A stretch of DNA of 63,200 nucleotides, filler included, from Diploschistes diacapsis (taxonomy: Eukaryota), in NCBI GenBank assembly GCA_023645945.1. It is 19 parts of 19 records of this genome, joined end to end, with 100 filler letters (N's around TTAATTAATTAA, not from the genome) between each part and the next. Parts side by side here need not be neighbours in the genome. Positions count along the whole stretch, not along the records: positions 21,658 to 41,864 come from JALAIB010000352.1; 18 more parts are not named here. One strand, 5' to 3'. The position numbers were made by a program, and so were the translations under genes. This document shows, in pieces, positions 23,735-37,407 of the stretch; within the stretch, counting starts at the first letter, position 1; every line of letters starts with the position of its first letter. The notes below the pieces were generated by a model. It did not search any database, was not told the origin of the DNA, and worked only from the letters and a program-made list of their open reading frames with translations.

Positions 23735-24753
23735 ATGAGCATTCATCAACCTTCCAAAATAGCATTACTTGGTATCTTCTTCGCTGCTTTAGTATCAATA
23801 CTGTTGTCTCTACAAAAGTTCGCAAGCATGGAGGATACAAAGTCTGTCAGCGAGACAAACCGGGAATATTGGAAGTACGCCATGGCTAATCTTGTCCATC
23901 TAACCGCACTCACATCTCTGTCAGCTCCGAGACAAATTTCTACGAGAAGGAAAAGGAGTGGGCGGATAGATCAGCAGAACAGTATACTCGGGAGCTCCAA
24001 AAGCTTCGGGAATGGCTTGGCCTCCCCGAAGAGAAGAACGGCAAGCTCCGGCTGCTGGATGTTGCCTGCGGGCCTGGAATGATCTCCCATGTATTTTGCC
24101 TCCAACGACGGAAATGAATTGTCGCTCACTTGTCGAAACAGGCACTTTTCGACTTTGTCGATGAAGCCCGCGGAGTCGACATCGCTGACCGCATGGTCGA
24201 GACGTATAACAAGCGAGCTCAGGAGAAAGGCCTACCCGCAGCGAAAATGTCCGCCGTTCAGGGCAATATAGTAGCGGACGATGCCTCTAGTGAGCAAGAC
24301 CTTTCGAAAGAAGAGCTCTTCGGCTTCGATCTCGTTGGGATGTCCAACGCACTGCACCATATGGAAAGCCCTTCGCTCGCCCTGGAGCGGCTCATGCAGC
24401 GTTTGAAGCCTGGAGGCACGTTGCTCATCGTCGATTTCATCACCGAGTCGAATGCTTCTACCCAGAGCCACCCAGCCGAACAAGCTCATGCCCATCATCA
24501 TGGCCATGAACATCAAGCACAAGAAGGACATGGACATGGGGATGCGCACGGTCATGGCCATGGCCATAGTGATGCGAAGAAGTTTGGTGTGGCACATCAT
24601 GGCTTTTCGGCGGATTATTTGCAGCAGCTGCTCCGGGAGGCTGGATGCATTGACGTTGAGACCATCTTGATGCAAGAGCCTATTAAATTCCCACCATCAT
24701 TCGGATCGATTGAGCGTACCTCATGCTTCGCTAGAGGGAGGAAGGCTGCCTGA
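23735..24753 (+). CDS. Class I SAM-dependent methyltransferase with His-rich insertion; introns 23875-23924 and 24091-24141; alternative start 23828
   Basis: Spliced RLLDVACGPG (motif I), RGVDI, FDLV...ALHH, LKPGGTLLIVDF. TATATAAA at about 23698. Confidence 0.88.
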
Positions 24754-26535
24754 CGCTCATGGTAAGGCGCATGTGCGACGGCTTCAACATAAGGCTCATG
24801 ACGAGGCGGTATTTGCTCAGCAGGAGGATATTGGTTCGCGGTGGCTTCGCATATTGAAAACCATTGTCTGAGCCACAAGAATATTGTATTTGCAGCCGCA
24901 CTGTAGCCATTAATCTTTAAGAATAAGCAGAACTGTCTTCCGGAGACGCCAGGAGACGCCAGTATTATATAATCCGAATCTCATTTTCAGGCTATCTAAT
25001 AATAATAATTATCAGCCCTACAGTATTGAACAGAAACGCGTTAAAATGAAGAACCGAGCTGACTAAGGAGTCGGTAAGAAAAACTTGTTGACCTAATCAG
25101 CGCTAACCCTTTGCGCCATCGCTAATTCCGTGGTTCGTCCGGGATTTTCATTTTTCTTCCAAATCTTGACCTTCTGTTCTTATCTTCCAGACCAGCACAG
25201 ATACAGGAGCCGGCTGGCATCAACCCCTGGCACAGAAAGTGTGATGGCCTGGATGCCAATGAGAGTATCATCCTGTCGACATTGTCGTGCAAGGCCCCCA
25301 AGTCTGGTCCCCACTTAACCTTATATTTCCAAGCGAACTACTTCGTACCTTCTCCAGCCAAGCCTGCTTCAACCTTGGGCTCCAGCAACTACTGATTAGA
25401 AGTAAGTGGAACTTGCGCACATACAGTCTAGCTCTTTACTGATGCATTATTCAAGAACTGGTTCTCTCCAGATACCTTGAACCCACAGAAGAAGGGGCCT
25501 GCACAGCAGAGGTAAAGGGGCGAAGACTCCGCGTATTGAACATCAACAGAGCCTGCTGTTATTGGTGGACCTAGGAAACTGCTTTGAACCAGCCATGTTC
25601 CGCCCCGGATACAGAGCCGAACGAAGCAGAATGGTCAGACTGGGGGGCAGGCCAGACACCGATCGACAGGCGGACTTTTCATCACGGTGTGCCTAGCCGA
25701 AAGATGGCGACACACTTGGGCCGTGTTTCAGGCTCCATGTAGTTATTTTATGCCCTTCCAACCAACAACTTGCAACTTGCAACTTTATCTATGGCGAATT
25801 CGCGACCAGTCCAGTCCCGTCCCTGATGCAAGCACGTACACCCCCCGTTTCCATATGCCCTGGCCCTGACAAGCGGTCTGGAGACTGGGGAAGTAGCTCC
25901 GGATAGATAGATATGCATGCAGTTAAACTTTTGGTCTAGCAGCCTTCTCTGGGGATCCCCACCAGCACCTAACAATCGTGATTTTCCATTCCACTATTGC
26001 TCTAAAGCTCTAAAGCTCTAAAACTCAACTCCACTCACTCCTTCCCCCTTTCCAAATCCTCTCTCTCTAGCGTTCCATCCCATCTGTGCGTCCAAGCCAG
26101 GTAATGCCATTCGATTTCGTGACCGTACAATCTGCTCTGTCCTTCTACCTCCCCTCGTGGGTCCCTTCAAGCCAACGTTTGGCACATACTGCACCAGGAC
26201 GGGGCAGACACGCCTCCTTTATCGGCTCAAACACTACACTATGGCTCAAGCACGTCGGAAGCAACCGCCATGCACGTTCATATGCCTTCTTCTTACTTTA
26301 CCTCGCTTCCTTTCTTCATTTGTTTGGCAGGTCCAAGAAGTCCTTGCTTGGACTCGCTCCTACTCAACCTCTCTTTTGTTCCTTCTCCGTTCCTCTGGCA
26401 GTGGAATTCGTCCCGCATTCTATTAAAGTGCTTTCCTTGCATCTGCTACCTCCTTGCACTGCCCAGCTTCCCACCATACTTCCAGGATATTTTTAATCTG
26501 TCTTCGCTGCTCACTTGCCTACTATAACGCCTAAC

Positions 26536-28305
26536 ATGGCGGCCAATGGAACCACCACCTTGTGCTATGCTCCACAATCTGACCCTCCTACTCACTACGA
26601 CTCAGCAAGAGCTTCACCGTTGAAAAAGCGGAGGAGTGGGCTTGGTAGCGTTCTTCGACGGCTTTTTAGTAGGAAGAAAATCAAGGGCCAAATATCGGCG
26701 CCTACACCTACGGGCTCAGATCATGTACGTTCAGTCCTCGATACAGAAGACGGTGTTGTTGACCACCATCCTGCTTAGAGCTCGAAGCAATTCATTACGT
26801 CTGCGCTCGACAGCAGCCGATACAAGAAGGCACAGTCTCTGCCGGTGAGAGAAGTTTCCAGACACAGCGCCTTGGGCTCTCATGCGCCCTTGGAATTCTC
26901 CAATCCGGACAAAGATGCTCAAGAGGAGGCACAGGTGGAAAGAAGACCCGGAAGACCTCGACGAGCTACTTTGCCCAGCGTCATTGGGCCCACGCCGGAG
27001 TCCCTTGTCGACTCCGGCTACCATGAGAATAGACGGAGCTACCTTTACGAGGGCCAAAGAATCAATCCATCAGACATTGGGTTCGCCGTTACCAGCGGCA
27101 GTAACCCTAAGAGACGGTCTCGAAGTGCAGATGCTTTTGTCATGACGCACGAGTCCAACCGACTAACATCTGTGCAGTGGCAGGACTACCGGAGGAGGAG
27201 TGATGAGATTAGATACTGGCGAACCAGCGTGGGCGCCATGCTTGTAGCCAAGCTTGATGGCGCACCGGAGAGCAATACCAAGCCCACGGGCAGTACTGTC
27301 GAGAGAGCAGACGATGCAGTACCCGTGAGTGTTTTCGAGGATGACAGGGACGAAGAACAAGAAACCCAAGAAGATAAGGGTGGAAAATCTGATCAAGATA
27401 ACCGGGGTACATTCGATTTCGGCATTCTCGCTTCCACGATGCAACAGGAAGAGGACTTACCCATTGAGGAACGCATGGTTACAGTAGAGGTCAAGCTCAT
27501 GGATCTCGAGTACGCAATCTCGAAGATTCAGGCCAACACACCCGCACCCAAAACGCTCATTCCTGATCCCCCCGTTTTGGACCAAGATCCTTTACCAAAC
27601 AACTTCCTGAAAGAGCCTGTAACAAGGCCCACGCTCGGTCGTCAATCTCCGACCTCCACTCATAAATCCCATCTTGGGAGCTCTTCCACCACGAGCGGTT
27701 CGGTATCAACTCAGCCGACAGCCGTCTCTGTCGCTCCACCACCATCGCATACCCAATCCGATGACCCCTTTATCGACCACAAAACCCGTCCCACCAGCGA
27801 CGCAACCACCGTCCGCCATCAGCCCGTTTCGCCCATTCCCTCGGAGCGCAATTATATCACAACGGAACCTCGCAACAGCACCACCAGCTTCACCATTGAC
27901 CACTTCACGGCCCTCATATCCCTCATTCGCACAGAACAATCCGCCCGGCACCGCCTCGAGGCGCAGGTTGTCGAGCTACGGCGCGAGATGGACACGCTCA
28001 AGCAGCGGCAGCAGGAAAACGTACGAAATCCGCCGCCACATCAGCGCTCGCACTCCCAGTCTCAATACCACCAACCAAACTCGTACTCGCCTAGCGCCGC
28101 TTCTTTTTCTCGACCTCGAGCGTGGACAATGGATCGCCACAAGGGCTCAATCAGAAGCCGCCCGGAGCTGAGGCGCGTGCCGAGTTGTGACACCACCAGC
28201 ACGGACGACGGTTTCCAAGATGTGTACGAGACGCCGACGGAGCAGAGGAGGTTTGAGTATGAAGGAGGAGGTGCGTATGAGGGCGCCGAGGGCGAGGCGT
28301 TCTAA
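26536..28305 (+). CDS. Conserved fungal hypothetical protein (disordered, coiled-coil); intron 26725-26778
   Basis: A GTACGT...TAG intron joins the ATG exon in frame with the 486-aa ORF. Motifs IGFAVTSGSNPKRRSRSA, EERMVTVEVKLMDLEYAISKIQ and EQSARHRLEAQV. Confidence 0.8.
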
Positions 28306-29368
28306 GGGTTCCCTTGACACAAGCAATGGCTTACTGTGTGGTATGATGAATGATGTACGATGTATTGTCCTCGATGTGTTTGTTGGGGTGGGGGAAGGTA
28401 TTGGGCAGAGAGAGTTGTTTGCTCCCTCGACCCTCATACTGACACCTATCTTCTTTTCTCTTGCAGCGCTGGTCGCCACTTCTTCTTTACCACCTCCTCA
28501 GGTTTTCTTTTTCTGGAACGGGGTGGCATTTTGTTTGCTTACGTGATGAAACCGGCACGTGCATTGGTTCCTGGCTTGGGGCGCTTGTTCGCATACATAT
28601 ACCCTAGGCATCGCATTGCTTTGGCGCTGTTGGGGAAATACATGATCGTGGGGGGATCTGTGTTGATGGTAGTAGGGTAGTAGGGAGGACTGGCTGTCGT
28701 GCGGACACGGTGCGTCGGAGCCGCACACCCTCTCCATCGTCGCTCCGCTTCGAAGAGAACTTGACTGGCCTGCGGGATCTGTGTGCCAAGGAATTGGCTT
28801 GGTTGCTTTGATGGCTGCAGAGCATAGTAGTTGGCTACAGGAATATGTATACCAGCATACGCACGCCGACAGCCTGATGTGGTAGGTGAGAGAAGAGGGA
28901 ATGGGGATATGATAGTCGTTAGAAAAAAAAGAAGGATATCATGCATGAATTTACTACTACTTCGGCTCTTCTTTGCGCTTTGACGCCGTGCATCTGTGCT
29001 ATTTGGTGAGGCCTCTGGAGTCGTCCGCAGGATAGTGATTTTCATTGCTTTCTCAGCATCAAAACTTCAAACCAGCTTTCGTTTGACTTTGCACATGGCG
29101 GGAGATCTTCCCACAATGCACTGTCCAGCTGGCTAATACGTAGTTGCACCCGCTCCTCCAGCGGCCTAATACTTTATTGTTCACTTCTAACGCATCCATA
29201 ATACGAACGGTGTATTCCTCGCGAGCAAGACAGGCAAGCGTGGAACCTGCTTCGGCCTCACCAGCTCCACCATGGCTTTACCTCTTCGATTCTCCTTCTC
29301 TATTCCGGGTTCCTTTCCCCACCCTCGTTGTCCGACCACCATCATCCCTGATTCCCTCACTAAACTCC

Positions 29369-30860
29369 TCAATACGTCCTCGCCAGATTCCTCAGATACC
29401 AATCCACCAACCTCCTCCCCACCTTGGCTTCGCTGATGTGTATCAGATCCCCCACCATCGCATAGTCTAGTTCATTGCCATTCACCACATCACCCTGTAG
29501 CAGCCCGCCCTCGCTCCACCGGACCTGCCTGCTCCGCTGCTTGTTGACGAGCAGCCAGCCCCTTAGCTTCTCCGGCTCGACATCCAAGAAGCCAGCCAGC
29601 TTTCTCAGATCCATTGTGGTGTAGAGCTTCAGATAGGACTTGACCGTCGGCGAGAACATGTTGGCTTTAACCTCTTGCATAAATATGGAGAGGTGATGCT
29701 CGACGGGATCGACGTTCGCGGCCGGATTGTCGAAGTCCGGCGGCGTTGGGCTGATGAACTTGGGACACGCCGAGCGGAACAATTCCTCGAAAAGAGGCAG
29801 CGATTCCGGCCCACCGCGCTGCAGGCGGACCAGCTGATCGCCGTACTTCTCGCGCAGGGCGGTGTGAATGATATCGTCGAGCTTAGTGGGGTTGAAGGCG
29901 ACGCAGATGGCGACGAGGGCGTACATCTGCTCGTTGCGCTTGACCATGCTGTCGTACTGCGCGTTTTTCTGGAAGTTCTTCGTGCGCGACACGTACACCA
30001 GGATGTGGCTGAACATGCGGATCGCGTCGGCGTAGCGCCGCATCATCATGTAACAGAAGCCGACGTAGTAGTACGTCGTGAAGTGCGCGGCCATGACGCG
30101 CGCGAACATGGACTTGCGGTTCAGCTCGATGTCGTCGAGCGTCTTGAGGGCTAGGCTGAAGTCGCCGAGAAGACAGTGCACGCGCAGCAGGCCGATCAGC
30201 GAGAAGTACCCTAGCATCCTATAAAGATTGCGGGAGCCGTATTCGCCGGCGACGGCGGAGGCGTCTTCGCCGCGCTTCATAGCGGCTAGTTGTTCGCTTA
30301 TGTGAGAGCGCTGGATGAGGGAGTAGAGGACGTTGAGGACGGAGTAGCAGCCCCAGGTGTGGGGGTTTTCGCGCAGGAGGAGGGCGTCTTCGCTTGTAGG
30401 GTCGGTACGGGCGACACGGTTGCGGTAACGGCAGAAGGATTCAAACTGGTAGATGAACTCGTCGACGACATCCCAGGCCCAGAAAGGCTGTCAACGAACA
30501 GTCAGCCTGGGAAGTTTTTGGTACAGTTCAAGGCGATGCACTTACCGAGGGAATGTCGACATCTACTGGTCCTTCCGAGTTCAGTATGTAGTGAAACAGG
30601 TTGCAGTAGTTGTCGTAGCTCGCCAATTTGGTGTCAAGAGAGGCTCCATACTCCAACGGTGTGGCAGCAGCAAGTAGATTAGCCTGCATATCTGGCATTC
30701 CGCCCATGGAACCTGCTCGCTCCGACTCGTTCATGCCATCGTCAAACTCAACCTGTTCTCTGTAGTCGTTGACCATGGCTTCTTCATCTTGTTCCGACGC
30801 ATCGTCTGCTATGCGTTGGGCCGCATCCCCCTGAAAAGGGGTCTTCTGATACAGAGCCAT
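29369..30860 (-). CDS. EIF3L: Eukaryotic translation initiation factor 3 subunit L; intron 30545-30488
   Basis: SYDNYCNLFHYILNSEGPV, WAWDVVDEFIYQF, LGYFSLIGLLRVHCLLGDF and ACPKFISP; PCI-type C-terminus. Confidence 0.95.
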
Positions 30861-31141
30861 GGCGTTTTCGGCTTCCTGCTATGCTCAGGTGTATGGAAAC
30901 GGCAAAGAAACGCTGTGCGGCAGAAAAGTCTACTGTAGGGTTCGTTCTGGATAACTCAGCCCTATCTCTTATCTTAGCGTGGGTGCGGGGCGGACAAGGG
31001 TTTCTGCGTCTAACCTAGTAATCAACGCTCTCCGCTTCAGGAAACTTCTGGATTAAGGGGATATCAAAGTCATCTTATCCCCGTCAGAAGCTTGAGTATA
31101 AGTCATCCTCTACTCTATATTAAAAGCAGTAGGACCAACCC

Positions 31142-32264
31142 ATGGCTCCACATCATAAAGTAGCGATAATACAATTGTATCCGAAGGTGAACTACCATCT
31201 AAAGTTCCTTGTCCAATTACGTGTGTGAACTTATTCGATCTACAGCCTCTCCAAGTCGAAGCCAATTATAACAAAGCTGCTGAGTTTATACGCAAAGCAG
31301 CATCGCAAGGGGCACAGTTGGCTGTCCTTCCAGAGTATCATTTGACCAACTGGGTGCCCCATGACCCCCAGTTTCCAGAGCTTTGCGGAGGCTGGAAAAC
31401 CTACCTTGACAAGTATCGAACATTGGCCAAGGAACTGTGTATCTGTATCGTCCCAGGTACTATAGTGGAGCTTCACGAAGAAGCTGGAGAAATGGATGAT
31501 AAGTTAATCAATGCCGCGTATTTCATCGGAAATGATGGGCAGATTCTGGGTCGATATGAGAAGAAGAATCTTTGGGTGAGCTCCTAGAGCCGCAGGATTC
31601 AATCGAGTCGGCTTATGTGTAGATGAATAGCACCCAGAGCGACCTCATTTAACCTCGAGTCAGCACGATCCTCATCCTGTATTCCATACACCCTTTGGTA
31701 TCTGTGGCATGCTGATTTGCTGGGATCTTGCCTTTCCGGAAGGCTTTCGTGAGCTCATTGCGCAGGGAGCAAGGATAATCATAATACCAACTTTTTGTAA
31801 GATCTTGTTTAGTTTCTTATCAGAAGATATCCAAATCTCGCTCGGCTCTCGGCGAGATCAGAAGCTCAAGCGTACTAGGGACGCATTCCGACTGCAGCGA
31901 ATACGGCTTGAACGTAAATCCACATGCGGAAAAGCTGTTCCTGGAATCGGCTCTCACGTCGCGGGCATACGAAAACACGTGTGCAGTGATCTTTGTCAAC
32001 GCTGGGGGACCGCCGGGCTCGACGGGTCGGGGCACTTATGCGGGCTTGTCTCGGATAACTCTACCCTTCGTAGGTGCTCTGGGGAAAGAAACGAAGGACT
32101 CAGAAGAGGAGGGAATGAGCATAGTCGATATTGACATGGAGATTCTGGATGAAGCGGAGAAGAATTACAAAGTAAGGGCAGATATGGATAGGGAAGACTG
32201 GCACTATACGTACCGGCATAATAACTTCACGGAGAGAGGGCCAGCCTCTTCGGGTAAGCTCTGA
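31142..32264 (+). CDS. Carbon-nitrogen hydrolase (nitrilase superfamily); exons 31142-31186, 31246-31575, 31631-31796, 31879-32264
   Basis: Glu-Lys-Cys triad motifs LPEY, YEKKNLWHPER and [10 protein letters not shown]; canonical introns restore the frame. Confidence 0.92.
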
Positions 32265-32624
32265 TGTATCATAAGCTCAGGGTTACGCCGCGCACAAATG
32301 ATAAAGTTCGATTGGAGGAAGATTCGGAGAACCAAAGAATATTGTGAGTCCCAGACATCAAGATATGCTAAGCATAGTGCGTTACGCCGAATAGCAGTTC
32401 CCCCAACTAGAATTTTACTAGCTTCGTGGAAAAGCTTGACGTAGCATGGGATGTCATACTGGGTATCTGTAGGCTTCAAAACTTCGCGACAAGGAACCGA
32501 AACAAAGAAATGAGCCGCAATTGCTACCTTATCGATATGGAGCATGCGAGGTTCGTATTCGCGAAGTGCGCTCGTAAGAGACAGCGGAGCGGAAGGAAGA
32601 AAGCTTCCGAAAAAGGATTTTGAA

Positions 32625-34174
32625 TCAGGCGCTGTCATTTGCTTCTTCAACGTCGACGGCTGACTGCGATCCGGCAGTTGATGTGGTCGCAGTTTCGCAG
32701 TCGTCAGAGCCTTCTTCCGTCCCATCCATGCTCAGCATCTGAAATCGGTTACCAAGTGACTCTGGACGATGAATGGTTGAAGCCCTATTCTTCGTAATGG
32801 GACTCTCTAGTGAGCGGGCCTTCGTGGCCATAGCTGGCAAAGGCTCTGCACATTCGTCTGGGAAGAATTCGATGGCGCTTTTTCTATAAAGTGACCGAGA
32901 TCTCATGCATGTACGTGCAAAGAGAGCCAAGTGAACTGCGTTTAGGCGGATGATGGCACTCCCTTGGGTCATGGAGACACCAATAACCACCAAGCCATGA
33001 ATATGCTCGAGATCCTCCCGGATACGTCCTTCATCGACATCAGTACTGATCCGACGGATGATCATGTTTCGAGATGCCCCTAGCGCGATCTGACGGAGAA
33101 CATTGGAGGCAGGTTTAAATGAGCTTTCGGCAAGTGAGATGTCGACCTTCACCTAGTCAGGCGTTTCATCAACCAATATATAGATTAATGAAACCCACCC
33201 TCTTGCCACGAAGATACAAGTCCTGATGTTTGGTATACTTCAAAAATGCTTCCGCCGCAGTTGCATCAACAAAAGATACTAGCGCGTTTCTTTCAAGGGG
33301 GCGAACAAGGAGGTCCAATAAAGCGCCACCACGGACAACGTCCAAAATGTCTTGATGAACAACCTTGGCTGAGAGGTTCTGAAGCATCAAGGTCCGCTTT
33401 CCAGCAGGAGCGGTACTAAAAGTGCGATACGTAGCGGAAATTTGCCACTCGCCAGGCGATTCGATCTGGCACTCATCAGTCTCTAGGCTGCGCGAAGCTG
33501 CTCGATACGGTGGGGGTGCATTGGCTACGTCACCCACCCATGAAGCCAGCGAGGAAGGCTTGTCCAGCAATACTCTGAAGTTTTGAGTAGGGGCAGAGAT
33601 ATATTCGGTAGTAAAGCGCTGGGTAAGTAGAGACGTGGCGGGGTTCACCTTCTGTTGGGTTGATTCTGTTTGTCGAGCCAGTGCATTGCGTATAATTACC
33701 TAGGATATCTTAAAGCTTGCACGAAAAGGGTGTCTTAGGTTAGAACGGTACATGCAAAGAATCGAGAGACCTTCCCCCCTCACAGAGCGATTCCTTCAAT
33801 GCTGCTGTTCAGAGCTCAGTCAGATGCGTCGGTGTGCAAGGGTGCCTGAGCATGTCCTACCATACTCTCGAGCCGCCTGGAGCTTCGGAACAACTTAGCT
33901 GAGGATGTAGAAGCTTGAATCTAGGCTCACCAGTGCATCGTGATCACATTTTGGAATGCTGACAATGGGCAGATCCAGCGGGGTGCTTAGTTCACGGCCA
34001 GTCGTATGCTATTATTTACTTGATTAGAAAAAGCAAAGTTCGTGGACGGTATAGGAGCTGTATACTAGCTCAGCACTAGAGCCGGTCAGCATGTAGATGA
34101 ATTGGGGAGCTTGTAATATACCGTCTCAACAAGGTTTCGAAATAGCCTCTGTCTATAGTAACGGTAGCCGCCAT
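32625..34174 (-). CDS. Multi-exon RRM-domain protein (fungal, similar to negative regulator of differentiation Nrd1-type RRM proteins)
   Basis: First exon MAATVTIDRGYFETLLR; RRM1 RTLMLQNL...VRGGALLD...VSF; RRM2 GASRNMII...IREDLEHIH...ALFARTCM.SR..Y....IEFFPDEC. Boundaries of the small 5' exons are approximate. Confidence 0.75.
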
Positions 34175-34441
34175 GATGGTAGCATAAAGGTTAAGCTGGA
34201 AATGAAAGCTGGGACACAGGCCAGTCCATCATTATATATATCGAATTAGCATGTAATATGTGAAGGGCAGGAGAGACTGACAATAATTTGGGAAGGAACA
34301 TTGAAGTTGACTTACCAATAAGAGGTCAGTGAAAGTGATGCGTAAGCCAAGCAAGAAATGAGTAATCCTAGCTGTCGAGCATGACGGGAGCATATTAGTA
34401 CAGTTCACCACGTCAGTCATGACTCCATGCCTTTTGCAAGA

Positions 34442-35467
34442 ATGCCTGTTTACGCTTTTGGATCGAATGGCTCCGGACAGCTAGGCATTGGTCACTATAA
34501 CGATGTTCCAATGCCAGAGAGTCACATCGCTCCTCCTCCGGTAGCCTTACAAAGTCCAATTCGCATTGCGGCCGGCGGCAATCACACGCTGATTCTCTAC
34601 GACTCTGGCCACTTGACATGCACTGCTCCCAAGCACAAGTCATCCAATCAAAGTGAAAGCACCAATATTCTCGCAATAGGCACAAAGCTTTGTTCGGCCA
34701 CCTGGGAAACCTCAGTCTATAGCTCAAACGAGAATATTCTTACTGTGTGTGGAGAAGGCGAAAAGGGAGAGCTTGGTCTAGGAGAAGATGTCATTAACGT
34801 ACCAGAACCCGGTCGCCCCTTGAGTCTACCTTTTCTCAACGGCGGCGAGATCTCTATAGTGCATCTAGCGAGTGGCCTGCAACATTCCGTAGCTGTCCTA
34901 TCCAATGGCGATGTCATTGGTTGGGGGAATGGCCGAAAAGGGCAACTTGGTAAGCCATGTGAGGTGGTTTGGAAGCCGAGAAAAGTCGATGACATTCCAT
35001 TTAAAGTCATACACGCAGTTTGTGGCCGCGAATTCACCTATTTCCTTGGAGACGCGCGAGAGGGTCAGAGCTTAGTTCTGGGATCCGACAAGTGGCAGAT
35101 CAGAAGCGGAGCACCTAAAACTGTCTTAGGGTGGAGGGATGTTGGAGCTAGTTGGGGGAGTATCTTTATCCTTTTAGACTCTGGCAAGATTCACTCATGG
35201 GGCCGTAACGACCACGGCCAGTTGGCACCTTCAAATCTTCCCAAGGTTGACAAGATAGCCGTCGGTAGCGAACATGCACTAGCCTATACCATTGGAGGAG
35301 ATATCCTTACTTGGGGTTGGGGCGAACACGGGAACTGTGGACCAAGTACAGATCGGTTTGGAGACGTGAAAAGAGGTACCTGGAACACGGTGAGACTACC
35401 AGACGGTAGAACGCCTGCCATACGCGGAATAGGCGCCGGCTGCGCAACCAGCTGGATCTGGACGTGA
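34442..35467 (+). CDS. ATS1: RCC1-repeat protein, Ats1/Kti13-like
   Basis: MPVYAFGSNGSGQLGIGH, AAGGNHT, GWGNGRKGQLG, WGWGEHGNCG and C-terminal GAGCATSW. Confidence 0.8.
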   Translation: MPVYAFGSNGSGQLGIGHYNDVPMPESHIAPPPVALQSPIRIAAGGNHTLILYDSGHLTCTAPKHKSSNQSESTNILAIGTKLCSATWETSVYSSNENILTVCGEGEKGELGLGEDVINVPEPGRPLSLPFLNGGEISIVHLASGLQHSVAVLSNGDVIGWGNGRKGQLGKPCEVVWKPRKVDDIPFKVIHAVCGREFTYFLGDAREGQSLVLGSDKWQIRSGAPKTVLGWRDVGASWGSIFILLDSGKIHSWGRNDHGQLAPSNLPKVDKIAVGSEHALAYTIGGDILTWGWGEHGNCGPSTDRFGDVKRGTWNTVRLPDGRTPAIRGIGAGCATSWIWT

Positions 35468-35785
35468 AGCTTGTGCCCTCGGTTTTTCCTGCGATGTCCC
35501 TCACCCAGTTTCCAATTGCGTCTCCTTCCGAGTCCATTCGCAAGCCTTCTGGCGCCTGCTTTTAAGTGATTTGCGGATCGGTTGCCTGTTAAAGTTCTAA
35601 CCTGCAATGGCCGCCTGCAGGGCTCTACAAGTTTACCGAACCGTTGTGGTTGTTGCCCTCGCGCTTGCAGACTTCATTGACCAGACGCCTCACTTTCGGT
35701 ATCTAAGGACTACTCTAGTAGGCTCAGTTGGCTTAGAAGCTAGATAGGGTCGCCAAACCCAAATATCATTGCTGGGCACCAACCT

Positions 35786-37407
35786 TTAATCGAACAAGCC
35801 CTTGATCTTACCAAAGGTCAGCAACGGTTGTTGGGGATGAAGAGAAGCCTCACCTGGGACAAGCGCTGAGTTGGAGCAATGCGCATCTCTTCGCTAACGT
35901 CATCATCTACTTTTCTCTTAACTCCGGTCGTGGTGGCACTACGATACGAAGCGGTCTCGGTAAGATTGGTATTTGCTGAGTCCTGCGGTAGGGTCAGTAG
36001 ATAGGTAATTGGATGTCTCCATTGAAAGACCTACCCATCTCAATTCTCCTTCATCCTCTTCATAATTCCTATCGCCCCATACCCGATCTTCCTCATCGTC
36101 ATCGGGTACAAACAGGCTTTCCTCGTTGACGCTTGCACGAGGAGCTGGGGGAGATGGGCGCGAAGGACGCTGACTTGCAATCGCATGTCCTGTAGATCGG
36201 GGTGCAGGTTGTTGTGGCGGCGCCATCTGTGAGCCATTCGTTTGGTTGCGTTGCTGAAGTGACAAGGCTTGCGAGCTTTGGGGCGGCCTCGACTCCGAGA
36301 CAGAGGCACGAGAGACCGTTGGGGCTGGCGTCACGGACGAGCTTCGGTAATCTCCGCATGTCATCAAGGTGAACTCGCACAGCATGCCATACTCGGAGTA
36401 TGATAATTGCATTGGGCGCTTTGGTATAGAATACAAAGCTGTGATGGAGGTCTTGAGTGTCTGGGCGTGGATTATCACAGCTTTGAAGTCCTTGACGCTG
36501 ATTCCAACTCTAAGCTTCTCCTCCAATTTGAAATCCTCGAATTCCGAAATGTCAATGGCAATGGACGTATGTAGAGGCTGCTTCAAGACCTCTTGTATTG
36601 TCAGTAAACGAGTTAGCGACAGCGGATAGCTGCTTTCGCACCTGCTCCATGCATGATCTTCTCAGTAAAGCAGTCAAATGTCATCCGACCATTGTCGTAA
36701 CACATCTCAAGGTTTTCAGTTCTTGCTCCGAAGAACTCACTGAAAGCTTTGAGTATATACGCTGATATAGTCCAGCGGTTCCTGGCGGTACTGCTATCAA
36801 AAATTGCCTTTATTGGTTCGGTGGGCTCATAGGTAAGCTTATAGGTCTTCTTGACCCCTAGGCTCATTTTAAGCATAATTAAATGAGGATAGTGGAATCC
36901 CGCTCACCATGCCTACATATCATCTTCACTACAAAGCGGCATTCCACTTTGTCCGCGTGCTCTTGAACGCTGACTTCGCATCTTTCTATAGAGTTTTCGC
37001 CGTCCTTGAAGTCATGGGCTCGGCCTTTGAAGATTGATAGCAAAGACTTTCATATGTCAAATGTGTGAATTGTGAACACTCTATAAACATACTTTAGCTA
37101 GGATCTTCGAAGTAAACGTTCCATTAGGCCTGCCCGTTGCCTGCATGTCGGCCTGATACCGGTAGGATTGAAAGAAGCCATCTTTAAGAAGAGAAAAGGA
37201 GGCTGAAGATGTCTTTGATGAGTTGATAGAGCTCAATATAAGCTATTCGGCTTTCAGCTTCTGCTCGTATGTGGTACATGAGCATCCTCTGACCTTATCT
37301 TCGCTTGCTTCGAGCCCAACGACTTCATGGAATTTGGTTAGACAGACGAGAGCATCATGCACTCGGAGCACTCCTTCTGATGTTAGAATGAAGGCAAGAC
37401 TTGTCAT
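35786..37407 (-). CDS. RAD9: DNA damage checkpoint clamp (9-1-1) subunit Rad9/Ddc1, multi-exon
   Basis: HDALVCLTKFHE.V.LEA, LSSINSSKTS, GVKKTYKLTYE, KQPLHTSIAI, VKDFKAVIIHA, CEFTLMT, ending IKGLFD*. S. pombe/human Rad9 nomenclature. Confidence 0.9.

Noticed and set aside
28306..29368. Several 100-170 aa ORFs between the hypothetical gene and eIF3L
   Set aside because: No recognisable motif or consistent splice pattern; likely 3' UTR and intergenic sequence.
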